Positions 1-10,267 of a stretch of DNA of 64,000 nt are shown piece by piece. This DNA is from a virus. Location: the IMG/VR virus record IMGVR_UViG_3300037089_000506. One strand, given 5' to 3'. Every line of letters starts with the position of its first letter. Within the stretch, counting starts at the first letter, position 1. The notes beneath the pieces were generated by a model. The model did not search any database, was not told the DNA's origin, and was given only the letters and a program-made list of their open reading frames with translations. A program made the position numbers and the translations under genes.

Positions 1-876
1 ACTATATTCCTTATTTATTGTCAAGTCCACAGTGCGCTCCACATGCGAGGAATTATAGCCTACAACCCCTGAATTCTTGAGGGTGAATTTAATACCAGTA
101 GGTAGTGTCTCCAACCAAAGAGTTTTATAGGAAACTTTATTTGTATAGAAACCAATAAAAAAGTTTAATAATTCTTGTAGTTCCTTTTTACTATAGGAGA
201 ACACAGATTCGGTGGGAGCTAATCGTATTAAATCTTCAGTAGTGGGAGGAGTTATATTAGACATTGAATTATTGAGTTTGGCTTTAAACCCATACTTCTC
301 ATCATAGATATATACTTGTTTTTCTATAATGAAAAACTCCATCTTTCCTTTTTTAGCATTTAGATTCAATATAGTCTTTGCTACTTTCTTATGGAGAGAT
401 AAAGGAGGGGCAGTGATAGGGAGGGGGTCAATAAGTCCATACATATAAATATGCCTATTATCATTAGCAATGAGTTGATCCTGATAAATAGCAATAGCAT
501 TATTTCTTACATCATCCTCAATAAAGGATAAACAGTTATTGAGCCCATCGAAGAAATATTCTCTGCCCCCATTAAGCCTATGGGAATCTAAAAGAATTGC
601 CCCTGAAACAGTGATTTCCAACCCTTTCATCAGGATACCTATTTCCTCTATTTCGTTTTTCTTTGGAACCAGATGAACAAAATCTATCTTATCTTTTCCA
701 CAGATAAATTCAAAGAGGGAGCCCTTATCGGTTATTTCAATAGTCATAACTAAACTCTTTCTTTGCTCTTCTGTATAAGTAGAGATTAAATGAACCAAAT
801 TTTCAGAGTATATCATGAGAGCACATTCTTCAAACTCCGAATCTATTGTGGCGGGTATAGTAATAGCTGCCGTCAT
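1..876 (-). CDS. dnaN: DNA polymerase III beta-clamp (DnaN)-like sliding clamp, 3' end runs off the window
   Basis: Hand translation gives an open frame of 292 codons from ATG 876 to position 1 (MTAAITIPATIDSEFEEC...). It is absent from the ORF track because it has no stop in the window. EDDVRNNAIAIYQDQLIANDNRHIY parallels the beta-clamp DVRyyLNG...vATDGHRL segment. A sigma70 promoter lies upstream. Confidence 0.6.
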   Translation of the reverse strand, partial: MTAAITIPATIDSEFEECALMIYSENLVHLISTYTEEQRKSLVMTIEITDKGSLFEFICGKDKIDFVHLVPKKNEIEEIGILMKGLEITVSGAILLDSHRLNGGREYFFDGLNNCLSFIEDDVRNNAIAIYQDQLIANDNRHIYMYGLIDPLPITAPPLSLHKKVAKTILNLNAKKGKMEFFIIEKQVYIYDEKYGFKAKLNNSMSNITPPTTEDLIRLAPTESVFSYSKKELQELLNFFIGFYTNKVSYKTLWLETLPTGIKFTLKNSGVVGYNSSHVERTVDLTINKEYS

Positions 877-967
877 AATATTTCCTTTTATAAAAAAGGA
901 AAAGATATTCTTTTTGTAATAAAGATACGAATCTAGGTTCTCCAATTGTATGTCCGAGTTAGCCCCC

Positions 968-996
968 TTGACAATTCCCGATAATTGTAGTAAGTT
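968..996 (+). promoter_or_regulatory. sigma70-type promoter for the sigma factor gene (TTGACA-17-TAAGTT)
   Basis: TTGACA 968-973, TAAGTT 991-996. Confidence 0.5.
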
Positions 997-1051
997 AGAA
1001 AAGTCAAGATTAGTGGCAGAAAGCTTCATATAAATACCATCCTATAAGGGG

Positions 1052-1080
1052 AGTATACTAGCGATGAAGTAAAAAGTCAA
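1052..1080 (-). promoter_or_regulatory. sigma70-type promoter for the clamp gene (TTGACT-17-TATACT)
   Basis: agtcaa at 1075-1080 and agtata at 1052-1057, 17-nt spacer. Confidence 0.7.
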
Positions 1081-1090
1081 GAGGGGAAAA

Positions 1091-1714
1091 ATGACTGATT
1101 ATGAACTAGTGTGTAAAGCAAAAACAGATCAGACTTATATGTATAACTTATATAAGAAATATGAACATCTTATTCAGGGGAATTATCGAACATTTTTACA
1201 GATAAACCCCTCCACAGATTTTGAGTTCGAGGATTATATGAGTGAGGCGTATCTTATATTAAATAAGACTGTATCCTCTTTTAATCCTAATAAGATTCAA
1301 GACCCAGAAAAATGGAAATTTACTTCATTCTTCATAGAGGGGCTTCTGTGGAATAATTTGGCTACATATAAAAAATCTAATGAGAAATATTGTAAGAAAA
1401 AGAAGAATAATGAGGATAGGGAAAAGTATAGACAAGTTAAAAATACTATCTATAAATCTTTATATGCTTTTATTGATAGGCTACATTATAAAGATACTAC
1501 TATTGAAGCTGTGGAAAACGCCTTACAAATAGAAAATTTCATAGCAATACTATCCCCCCAAGAAAAGACTATAATAAATAATTATTTTATTCCAGGGGAA
1601 AGAAACAGAATCCCTTCCATGAGGGAAATAGGTATACGAATGGGTATGTCCAAGCAGCGTATTAGCGTTATCGTTCGAAAAATGAAAATAAAGTGGCAAT
1701 CACTCGAAAATTGA
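1091..1714 (+). CDS. phage RNA polymerase sigma factor (sigma70 family, regions 2 and 4)
   Basis: Region-2-like FEDYMSEAYLIL...FNPNK...KFTSFF; C-terminal HTH LSPQEKTII...SMREIGIRMGMSKQRISVI. Confidence 0.75.
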   Translation: MTDYELVCKAKTDQTYMYNLYKKYEHLIQGNYRTFLQINPSTDFEFEDYMSEAYLILNKTVSSFNPNKIQDPEKWKFTSFFIEGLLWNNLATYKKSNEKYCKKKKNNEDREKYRQVKNTIYKSLYAFIDRLHYKDTTIEAVENALQIENFIAILSPQEKTIINNYFIPGERNRIPSMREIGIRMGMSKQRISVIVRKMKIKWQSLEN

Positions 1715-1791
1715 TTTTTATGAGTTATACTAATTATATGGATTTTGATTACGCTGGATCAACCAGGTAATCGTTTTATAGGAGGGCTGGC

Positions 1792-2265
1792 ATGGAAGGA
1801 TGCGGCTGTCGTGTTAGGGTGATTCCCAGTGGCTTTGGCTTTGGGGGTATCGAAGAGGCGTTCAGGATGTTTCATGAGATGATGGGCTCCATGGGAGAGG
1901 CTGTCTCACAATTTCCTGCAAATTTAGTATGTGGGGATTTTCCTCCAACTAATATTATTACCGATAAGGATGAAAACTTTATCGTACAAATGTCCGTTGC
2001 AGGATATCCTGAAGATGGAGTAGTACTGAGCTACAAAGACGAATATCTTGTAGTTACTTGTACTCCTGATGAGAAACAATTTGACGGTCTTACTGTCAAA
2101 ATGCGTGGTATTCGTAATTCGAAGGGGCAAAAGAAAATTCTTGTGCCTTCTGCTGAATTCGATGTAAACAAAGCTAATGCTGCTACCAAAGAGGGAATCT
2201 TGACAATAATGATTCCTCGTAAAGAAGAGGCAAAGCCTGTTTCCATTCCTATTTCTAAGGGATAA
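1792..2265 (+). CDS. small heat-shock protein (Hsp20/alpha-crystallin)
   Basis: FPPTNI...VAGY...VVLSY...A..KEGILTIMIP alpha-crystallin pattern; C-terminal IxI motif (VSIPI). Confidence 0.9.
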   Translation: MEGCGCRVRVIPSGFGFGGIEEAFRMFHEMMGSMGEAVSQFPANLVCGDFPPTNIITDKDENFIVQMSVAGYPEDGVVLSYKDEYLVVTCTPDEKQFDGLTVKMRGIRNSKGQKKILVPSAEFDVNKANAATKEGILTIMIPRKEEAKPVSIPISKG

Positions 2266-2270
2266 ACACC

Positions 2271-2299
2271 AAAGGAGAGATTAATTCTCTCCTTTTTTT
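2271..2299 (+). terminator. intrinsic terminator after Hsp20
   Basis: aaaggagaga-ttaat-tctctccttt followed by a T run. Confidence 0.85.
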
Positions 2300-2300
2300 A

Positions 2301-2329
2301 TTGACAATTTTTAAAAAAAAAGGTATACT
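2301..2329 (+). promoter_or_regulatory. early sigma70 promoter (TTGACA-17-TATACT)
   Basis: Near-consensus hexamers at 2301 and 2324. Confidence 0.85.
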
Positions 2330-2349
2330 CTCAAATAAAGGAGACTACA

Positions 2350-2559
2350 ATGAATGAAGCACAGAAACTAGCAATAAAGAAGTTTGAGAAATCTTGGGTA
2401 GTAGATACTAATTTTATAGGGGAACCTATTGTGTATACACATAAAGGAAATTCGCCCGTAATAGAAGAATATGTGATAACCAAAAATGGTGAGGCTATCC
2501 ATACTGCTACTTATCCACGAACAGTGAAACTTAGAGATGAGCTAAAGAGGTATATATAA
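2350..2559 (+). CDS. early hypothetical protein
   Basis: AAGGAG Shine-Dalgarno; first gene after the promoter; coupled to the next gene. Confidence 0.6.
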   Translation: MNEAQKLAIKKFEKSWVVDTNFIGEPIVYTHKGNSPVIEEYVITKNGEAIHTATYPRTVKLRDELKRYI

Positions 2560-2798
2560 TGGTACAAATGGGAACTATAGCAAATTTTGAAGAAGGGCTG
2601 ATATTCAATATTGGTACCCTCTATCTTCAAAATTCTAATAAAAAATTTGATGTAGTTCCCTGTGAGACAAAAAAAACCAAACAAGCATTTAATGCTATAT
2701 TTGGTACCACTAATATTCAATCGTTAGCAGGAAAGAATATACAGTATGATGTGAAAGATGGAATGCTCTCATGGATAGGGTTGGATTATGGCAACTAA
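2559..2798 (+). CDS. early hypothetical protein, paralog of 5259..5531
   Basis: TAATG overlap; shared motif with 5259..5531. Confidence 0.6.
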   Translation: MVQMGTIANFEEGLIFNIGTLYLQNSNKKFDVVPCETKKTKQAFNAIFGTTNIQSLAGKNIQYDVKDGMLSWIGLDYGN

Positions 2799-2958
2799 AC
2801 TTCAACTGTTCTCCTATATGAAGAAAATTATGGCTACCTCTAAATATACAGTGTATGGAGGGAGAAGGGTAAAAACATATCAGGTTCCAGGAACAAAAGA
2901 TTTTATAGAGCATCATAAAGCTAGTTCTGAACTAGCTGAACTTATTCTAAAGGAATAA
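2788..2958 (+). CDS. small early hypothetical protein (MATKLQLFSY..., 56 aa)
   Basis: Hand-translated; overlaps the previous stop and ends before a terminator. Confidence 0.5.
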   Translation: MATKLQLFSYMKKIMATSKYTVYGGRRVKTYQVPGTKDFIEHHKASSELAELILKE

Positions 2959-2977
2959 TACTACACAATTGTAGAGT

Positions 2978-3008
2978 AAAAAGAGAGGGTATTTCCTCTC
3001 TTTTTTTT
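2978..3008 (+). terminator. intrinsic terminator
   Basis: aaaagagagg-gtattt-cctctctttt plus T run. Confidence 0.85.
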
Positions 3009-3105
3009 ATTTTTATGCTTGACACTATACTAAAAATATAGTATTTTTATATTAGAGATAAGAAGTAGTGCGGACGACAAAGGGCGTCGGCTTAAGGAGA
3101 GTAAG

Positions 3106-3270
3106 ATGAATAAACCGGAAAAAAAGAGTTATTTTTATAAGTTGGAAAAAGGTAATTATGTTACTTGTCATTGGGACCCTAAAATGAAAATGTATTTTGA
3201 ATCTCAGTATCATAGTTATACCACTGCTCGTCATGCAGTGGCATGTGCTAATCGTGGGGAGGAATACTAA
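3106..3270 (+). CDS. small early hypothetical protein (MNKPEKKSYF..., 54 aa)
   Basis: AAGGAG SD at ~3094; hand-translated; TTGACA at 3019 upstream. Confidence 0.5.
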   Translation: MNKPEKKSYFYKLEKGNYVTCHWDPKMKMYFESQYHSYTTARHAVACANRGEEY

Positions 3271-3292
3271 TCAATAAAAATTACGATTTTTA

Positions 3293-3321
3293 TTGACACA
3301 TGCCAATATAACATGTATACT
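3293..3321 (+). promoter_or_regulatory. early sigma70 promoter with extended -10 (TTGACA-17-TATACT, TG directly upstream of the -10)
   Basis: TTGACA 3293-3298, TATACT 3316-3321. Confidence 0.85.
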
Positions 3322-3344
3322 ATCTTTAGCTTGGGAGTAAGGAG

Positions 3345-4058
3345 ATGAACATGGAATCGATTGATAGGGTGAAGGATAAGATTCTGAAGCTGTTAGCTCT
3401 CTCGGAGTCTAACAATGTCAATGAGGCTGCTAGTGCTATGGAAAGGGCTAGAGCATTGCTTCTCCAATACAATCTTAATATGGGAGAGCTTGAAATTAAG
3501 TCTCTCATTAAAGAAGAGATTTACGATGAAGGAAAGGGGGAGCATGATTACGAAACAGCCCTTATATCTACTGTAGCTCTTTACAACCTATGTGAAATGT
3601 ATACTTATTATACTCAGGTGTGGATGAATCATCGTAGACATTCCCAATTTAAAAGAATACTAGTAGGGCAGGAACAGAATATAGTTTCAGCTCGTATTAT
3701 GATTAATTATGTATTCGAGGTTATGGAACGAGGAGCACAGAAAATAAAAGGTACAGGAAGGATTGAGGTAACATCCTATAAAAAGGCTTTTTGCCTTACT
3801 CTTTCTAATAGAATTTATAAAATGATTTTGGAAGCACGAATAAAAGAAAATAGTGAGTGTAGAGCATTGGTAATTGTAGCTACTGCTGAGGTTGACAAAT
3901 ATATGAAGGAGAAAGAGGGCATAACTCCAGGAAAGCCTATAGATACTAGCATCAAAGGCTTTCTGGGTGGGATTATGGGAGGACAGGATGCAATGAATGT
4001 ATCCTTAAATGAACAGATTAGCCAGAAGAAGGGTAACCTTCAGGCAATAGGAGCGTAA
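3345..4058 (+). CDS. DUF2786-domain protein
   Basis: N-terminal KILKLLALSESNNVNEAASAMERARALLLQYNL is the DUF2786 helical signature. Confidence 0.8.
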   Translation: MNMESIDRVKDKILKLLALSESNNVNEAASAMERARALLLQYNLNMGELEIKSLIKEEIYDEGKGEHDYETALISTVALYNLCEMYTYYTQVWMNHRRHSQFKRILVGQEQNIVSARIMINYVFEVMERGAQKIKGTGRIEVTSYKKAFCLTLSNRIYKMILEARIKENSECRALVIVATAEVDKYMKEKEGITPGKPIDTSIKGFLGGIMGGQDAMNVSLNEQISQKKGNLQAIGA

Positions 4059-4059
4059 T

Positions 4060-4612
4060 ATGAAAATCTTTATATTTTTTATTGGACTTATCATTTTCTT
4101 TGGTAATACTTTTGGATGTATAGCCTCCATACAAAGATTAAAAGAAAAGGATACTCTTCTACAAGAATTATTAATCGCTCTTAATATCCTTGGTGTCTTT
4201 ATAGGAGCATGTATCCTAAGAGGGTATATAAAATGATGTATTTCTACTTCAAACGAAAACGAACCAAAGTTGTGTTTAGAAGAAAAGTAGAAGCCAATTC
4301 CTTGCCTGAAGCTCAAAAAAAACTAGGAGAAAAGCTTCGTCCTGGAGATTACATTCAGAGTCCTTTGAGTGGAGTTTATTGGCGGTTTGATGGGCTTGAA
4401 TTTGAACCATATACCAGGATAATACTATGACACAACAACAAAGATATATGGCACAAAAAATAGCTTCCATTCATGAAATACAAATAGAACCTGCTGAAAA
4501 AGGTGCTATTTATATTTCCAGTATAAATAAACGAGGAAAAAGAATACTCTGCTATAAAGTAAAACCCACAGGAAAAACGGAATTATTATTCGAAAAAGTA
4601 TTGACAAAATAA
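4060..4612 (+). CDS. three small early ORFs (membrane peptide from 4060; ~4233..4430; 4427..4612)
   Basis: Consecutive short coupled ORFs; the first is hydrophobic (MKIFIFFIGLIIFFG). Confidence 0.45.
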
Positions 4613-4658
4613 TAATAAAGAAGTAGTATAATCATAGCTTAGATAAAGGAGACCATAA

Positions 4659-5272
4659 ATGGTAGATTTTTATGAGTTTGATACTACTCCTCTAGATGAA
4701 ATGGGGGTCCAAGTTTCCTCTTCTACAGATTACATGCCAGCCATGAGGACTGAGGCTAAGAGAATGCTGGAAATATGCAGAAAGCTCTGGCCCTCTATGG
4801 AATGGGGCATTAAAAGTAATCCTCATGATTTCGGCTCCTATCTGAGCATTATAGTTAAATTCAATGACGATGATGAAACTGTCTGGGACTATATCAACAA
4901 AATAGAAAATGAATGGCCCTCAACCTGGGACGAGTGCAATCAGAGGATTGCACAGCTCACTGAGAAGGATGAAGCAATATGACACACTACATTGCTATGG
5001 GAGGGGAGCATGGTTGTCTTCCTGATAACTGTTCATCCTATCGTTCAGAAGAAGATGCCATAGGGGGTATGGATTGTATCTATGAGCTTACCAATAAACA
5101 AAAGAGGGAGCTTAGGGTTCAAGGCTTAACGGAGCTTACCAGAAAGCAGGGTGGGGCATATTGTGAGGTTTCTGAGTGTGATTGTTCAGAGCCTTGGGAA
5201 CATGATGAAATGGGTAGTAGAAATGATTGGCCTGAATACTTTGATGAGGAGGACGAAGATGAAACGAGGTAA
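4659..5272 (+). CDS. two acidic early hypothetical proteins (4659..4982, 4979..5272)
   Basis: AAGGAG SD; ATGA overlap; TTGACA at 4601 upstream. Confidence 0.6.
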
Positions 5273-5531
5273 AATTATAGGGCTAGAGGGCTCCTGGGGT
5301 TCAGGCATAGCTACCCTCTATGTAGAGGATTCTAATGGGGATACTATTCCTCTGTATTGCGAGAACAGCCCTACTATTAAGGCATTGGATAATGCTTTTG
5401 GTGGGGTTATAGCCCCTGGGCATAGAGTCAATGTAGATGCCATCAAAGGTAAGATTATTTATTACAGTGAAGATAATATGGGTATGCTTGAAGGATTCAC
5501 AACGGAGGTGGGTTATGATGAGGACTTTTAG
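5259..5531 (+). CDS. early hypothetical protein (true start MKRGKIIGLEG), paralog of 2559..2798
   Basis: GAGGAGG SD before ATG 5259. Confidence 0.6.
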   Translation: MKRGKIIGLEGSWGSGIATLYVEDSNGDTIPLYCENSPTIKALDNAFGGVIAPGHRVNVDAIKGKIIYYSEDNMGMLEGFTTEVGYDEDF

Positions 5532-6560
5532 CCACGAAGAAATCATGGAATTTGCTGGCATCTCATGGATAAAAGAAATGTCCACTGAAGATACTGAACG
5601 TTTCAATAAAAAATATGATGATGCCCAAGAAGAGCTAGAAAATTTGAGATTAGCATATAAGACTCTTTCCCATAGCCTCAATGTTATGTCCTCTCATAAG
5701 AATATCATTAAAGCTATTCTTACCTGTATAATTCAGGATCATCGGACGTTACAACAATCCTTTTGGGGATTCATCTTTGCTCTTATTGAGGAATATGGCA
5801 AACTCGAAGAGGGAAGATATTCTGATGGTAGAAACGAAGCCTCATTGAAAGCTTGTAAAAAAATAGCTCAGTTCATTAAGACTGAAAGTATCTATCTTCC
5901 ATTGATATAAGGAGAAAGTAAAATGAAGCTTAAAATGTTGAATCCAATGAAATATCTATTAGGAAGAAATCGTATATATTTCTTTTTAATAGCAGGTACA
6001 TCATTGGTACTTATTATTTTGGCTATTATTGGTATTATTATAAATTCAATGTGGGTATTAGGAACAGCATTTTTTGCTTATGTAGTTTTAGGGGAGATTA
6101 GTAATGTTTTCATTACTTATCTTACCCAAAAAGCATACGAGAATTAAGGGAGCATGGTATGATGGACTTAAGCACAATGGAACGAATGAATAGATTAGCT
6201 GAGAGCAAAAGTCATCAGCCTATCTTTATCTCCAAGGAACAGATTGAAACTAATACTGTTCCTAAAATTCCCTATACGGGAGAAACAAGAGACTTTAAGC
6301 GATGGCGAACTGCTACCCTAGAAGAGGTAGATATCCCCGAGGTTAAATACTATGCTGATAGTGATAACCCGGTAAGATTTTTCGTATATATCTCAGGGAT
6401 GGGAGCAGAAGGAGAAGGTGCTATGACGACGCATCAACTTCTAAATACTATCTCTAGGATTGAGGAGAAATATCCACATCAGTTTGGATATGGGTTGTCG
6501 TTTTTTGGGGAGTTCCAGGGGTGGGTGACGGTGTATAAGAAGATAACTTCTCATACATAA
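5515..6560 (+). CDS. three early hypothetical proteins (5515..5910; 5923..6147 membrane; 6159..6560)
   Basis: Each has a GGAG SD; 5923..6147 has two hydrophobic helices. Confidence 0.55.
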
Positions 6561-6839
6561 TCATTAGTAATTCTTTTACATTTTTAACATTATACTGTCT
6601 AAAATAAGGCATCAATTCATATTGTTGCTTTTGATACAGGGGGTCAAAACTTCCTGTATTTTTTTTTATCTCTTCATTTTCTTTATCTTCTTTTTGTAGT
6701 TGTGAATAGAACCATGCTAAATGTTCTGGGCATAGTATGCTTTTAGCATACTTAAACTTATAAGGTATTCTATCTATATCTGCTTTAGTTTTACATCTCA
6801 ATAGAACTAATAAATGAGCATAATACATTCCAGTGTACA

Positions 6840-7097
6840 TTAGAGTATACTTAAAATCCTCTGTTGACGAAGCTGATCCCATTCTTCTTCCTCAGTAAGG
6901 TTTTCATCCTCATTGATTATACTTTCAGTCATAGGAGGAGCATCAGGAGGGGAAGAAGCACCAGGGGGAGAAGCACCCTCTCCCTCAGAAGTATCCCTTA
7001 CTTCTTGAGCTTCCAATCCTGTTCCCATAGATTCAGTTCCCATATCAGGAGCATCCATTGAAACATCTTCCTCAAATTCAAATTGATTAAAATTCAT
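6840..7097 (-). CDS. small acidic Pro-rich protein
   Basis: GAGG SD and an ACTAAAT motif upstream at 7111-7117. Confidence 0.5.
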   Translation of the reverse strand: MNFNQFEFEEDVSMDAPDMGTESMGTGLEAQEVRDTSEGEGASPPGASSPPDAPPMTESIINEDENLTEEEEWDQLRQQRILSIL

Positions 7098-7165
7098 GCT
7101 AACCTCTCTTATTTAGTCTATATACTCCAAGTGTATTCCACTTTTTTCTTTTGGCTGAGGTAATT

Positions 7166-9052
7166 TTATATTAAACTGCATGATCCCCCAGCACAAGCTA
7201 TCTCTCCCCTTTGATTGGTTCCATCCTCAACTTCAGATACTTGGTTTATGTCAAAATTTCCTATTTTGGAATAGAGTTTATTATACTCTTCCTCTGTGCA
7301 TTCAGTGAAAGGAGCCTGATTATAGCTACCATTATCATAGGGTATAACAGCAATACCATTATAGTAATCTTTATTTTCCCACATCCATTTTCCCACAGAC
7401 TCCCATTCATCATCTTTTACAGAAACAGTTATTGATACATTATTTAGATTAGAGCCCTTTCTATGGCCAGGCCTAATCCAATCCTCATGAATAATCTTCA
7501 TTCGTTCTAATAAATCAAAAGGAGATTCATTTCTGAATACACTACCTTCAGGTGCCTTAATTGGAAACTTAAGTAAAGATTGATTAGATTTTACTAAATC
7601 ATCTTCAACTAAAACAGGATTATTGACATTCATATATTGATAAATAGCTTCGTTTTTTCCAGCTATAATTCTACGAATATAAAAAGGTGAGTGCCATGCA
7701 TGAATACCGGAGGATGTTCCTAGAACTGAAGAAGTTGTTCCCTCTGGTTTTACACAGGTAGTTCTAGCAGCTTTATTTATTCCTATTAATTTAGCTATAC
7801 GGGCATTCTCTTTTAAAATAATTTCAGCCCCTTGCTGTCTATCAATATTCTTCATAAACCCATTGGAAGCAATTCCTGTCATTGAGACTCCAATTAATGC
7901 CTCTTTTTCTGTAGTTTCTCTCCAACAATCCCTAAGATAATGAAAATCAGTATACCCTGCTTGTATGGTTCCTATAAAAGCTGCTGCCCTACAACGATTA
8001 TTAAAATCTTCTTGAGTTATAATATCTCCTGCATTCATCGTAGTTACATTACAGAATTGATTAGCCCGAAGTCCAATTTCAACACAAGGATTACACCCCC
8101 AATCTTTATCATTAGTAAAATAAACCCCAGGTTCACCACTATGAGCTAGTTCTGCTATTTTCCACAGAGCAAAAAAATCTTCTTTGGTTACTTTATGTCT
8201 TACTATAACAGCAGAATTATTAGCCCTACCCCGTTGTGGATTCAGTTCTGACCAGTTACCATATTTAGCTGTAAGCATCTCCTCATCATCAAGATTAAAT
8301 AATGAAATCATTGCAGCCCTGCGAATACCACCAGAAAGAACAGCGTCTGCAATATGACATTGAATATCATGAACCTCTATAGGTTTTAATTTTGTATTAT
8401 TACCTCTATCTTGGATAGCATTATCTAATATTTTTCTAATATTATGAACACAGTCTTTAAGAGGTTGAGGACCAGGAGCTTTACCACCTGAGGTAACTAA
8501 TCTAGCGCCCTTTGACCTAATATCCCTATAATCGAATTCTATCTCTCTGGTACCCTCAAAGTAGGATTTCATTAGCATTTTTATTGTATCTGCCCATCCT
8601 GTAATGTCATCTGTAATAAGAAATCGTTTTCGTCTCTCCTGTCCTTTTATCTTTATATCCCCACGTAAAGCAGGTAATTTGTCTATATGATGCTTCTGTA
8701 CTGAATACCCTACACCTGTTCCTCCTAAAAGTAGAAACATAGTTTCATTAAAAGCTTCAACAGCGTCCATAGGTAAATAACAACAATTATACATTCTATT
8801 AGGGCTCAATTCTATTGGCTTTCCAGCAAATTGTAATGCCCTCATTGAAGGCAATACCTTTTTTTCATATACAAGCTTAAATACTTCCCTAATTTCTTCT
8901 TCTAAAAGTGGGTACTTTCTAATATGCATATCCACATTCCTAGATACAATCTCTTCCCAGTTTTCTCTTCTTCCTTTTTCTGGTAAATACTTAGCATATT
9001 TCATATGTACAATAATATCAGAAAATATATCTTTAGACCTATCTTCGCTCAT
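7166..9052 (-). CDS. nrdJ: class II (adenosylcobalamin-dependent) ribonucleotide reductase, monomeric RTPR type
   Basis: MYNCCY, GCNPCVEI (thiyl-radical Cys), TTCVKPEGTTS, C-terminal ACAGGSC redox pair. Confidence 0.92.
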   Translation of the reverse strand: MSEDRSKDIFSDIIVHMKYAKYLPEKGRRENWEEIVSRNVDMHIRKYPLLEEEIREVFKLVYEKKVLPSMRALQFAGKPIELSPNRMYNCCYLPMDAVEAFNETMFLLLGGTGVGYSVQKHHIDKLPALRGDIKIKGQERRKRFLITDDITGWADTIKMLMKSYFEGTREIEFDYRDIRSKGARLVTSGGKAPGPQPLKDCVHNIRKILDNAIQDRGNNTKLKPIEVHDIQCHIADAVLSGGIRRAAMISLFNLDDEEMLTAKYGNWSELNPQRGRANNSAVIVRHKVTKEDFFALWKIAELAHSGEPGVYFTNDKDWGCNPCVEIGLRANQFCNVTTMNAGDIITQEDFNNRCRAAAFIGTIQAGYTDFHYLRDCWRETTEKEALIGVSMTGIASNGFMKNIDRQQGAEIILKENARIAKLIGINKAARTTCVKPEGTTSSVLGTSSGIHAWHSPFYIRRIIAGKNEAIYQYMNVNNPVLVEDDLVKSNQSLLKFPIKAPEGSVFRNESPFDLLERMKIIHEDWIRPGHRKGSNLNNVSITVSVKDDEWESVGKWMWENKDYYNGIAVIPYDNGSYNQAPFTECTEEEYNKLYSKIGNFDINQVSEVEDGTNQRGEIACAGGSCSLI

Positions 9053-9061
9053 GAGACTCCC

Positions 9062-9301
9062 TTATATATTATAATTTTTTGTTATTAATGATTTTTTGAA
9101 CTTTCTATATTGTGCCATAAAAGGCTCTAATTTCTTCTCAAAGTCCTCCACTATGGCTATTACTTCTTTCTGCTTTTCCTCAGATAAATCGTGTAAAGAT
9201 ATCCCCTCTATATAATTATCATCTTCTTTTATTGCTATAACTTTGTAATCTTTACTATATTTCTCCTTCTCTTTATAATACTGAAATTCTTTTATCTTCA
9301 T
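9062..9301 (-). CDS. hypothetical protein upstream of nrdJ
   Basis: ORF with an ACTAATT motif upstream; co-oriented with nrdJ. Confidence 0.55.
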   Translation of the reverse strand: MKIKEFQYYKEKEKYSKDYKVIAIKEDDNYIEGISLHDLSEEKQKEVIAIVEDFEKKLEPFMAQYRKFKKSLITKNYNI

Positions 9302-9335
9302 GTGAACCCCTTTTCTTACTAATTACATAGAATTA

Positions 9336-10267
9336 GTGGAGATACATAGAGTGTACTACGAAGGTGTAATAGAAGTCAATAGGAATGAAATAGACATCAA
9401 TCTTCAGGCTGAAGATGATGTACCAGAATATGATATTCAGATGAATAATGAGCCTGATACATTAGAAAAGTTTATGAGAGTGATAAAACCAGAATTTGCT
9501 CCCGATGAGCCCCCTGAGGCACCTGATGCTTATGCTCAAAAACTGCGAAAACAGGGCTATGGTTCTTTTTACACTTCTCAAACTAATATAAACGACTTGG
9601 TTAATCTCTATGCTACTACTGAGCCTAAAGACTTATATGGTTTTCCAGGTATTGAGGGCCCTCGTGAAAATGGGGATATAGTCTTTATTGAGACTATAAA
9701 AAACTTTAGTGGTGTAATAAATGAGAAAATACTAAAGAATAAAACAGTCCAATTTAGATACAGAGGAGTACTATAATGTCCGATGAAATAAATGATCCTA
9801 CAGTAATGAAACCCTATGAAACATATTCAGATGAAGATGATAATCAACAAGATACTAATTCTGGATATCTAAAAATACTCTTTAACGATTATAAAACTAA
9901 AATACATTCAGCAGTTATCTATCTTGAGAAGATAAAGAGTCAAGGGGAAATACTGGATAAAACAGTTCATGAATGGACATCTACACTCCATAATAAATAT
10001 GAAGTATTAAATAAATTTCAACAGTCTCGTCCTCGAACTACAGTTCCAGGAGACTTCAATTTAGAAGACCGTTCACCTGCTATGACTAATACTGATGATG
10101 ATTTAAAATCTATTGATACTAAAATAACTGACCATTCAGAACAAATAAATTATAGTTTTGAAAAGTTAGAAAAATATTTAGAATTCTTAGGTACTACATT
10201 TTTAGATGCCCAGGATACCATCAATAAAATTTATGATAGGTATATGGAAATCTTTGAGAATATGTAA
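9336..10267 (+). CDS. two hypothetical proteins (9336..9776, 9776..10267)
   Basis: TAATG-coupled; ACTAATT motif at 9318. Confidence 0.55.
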
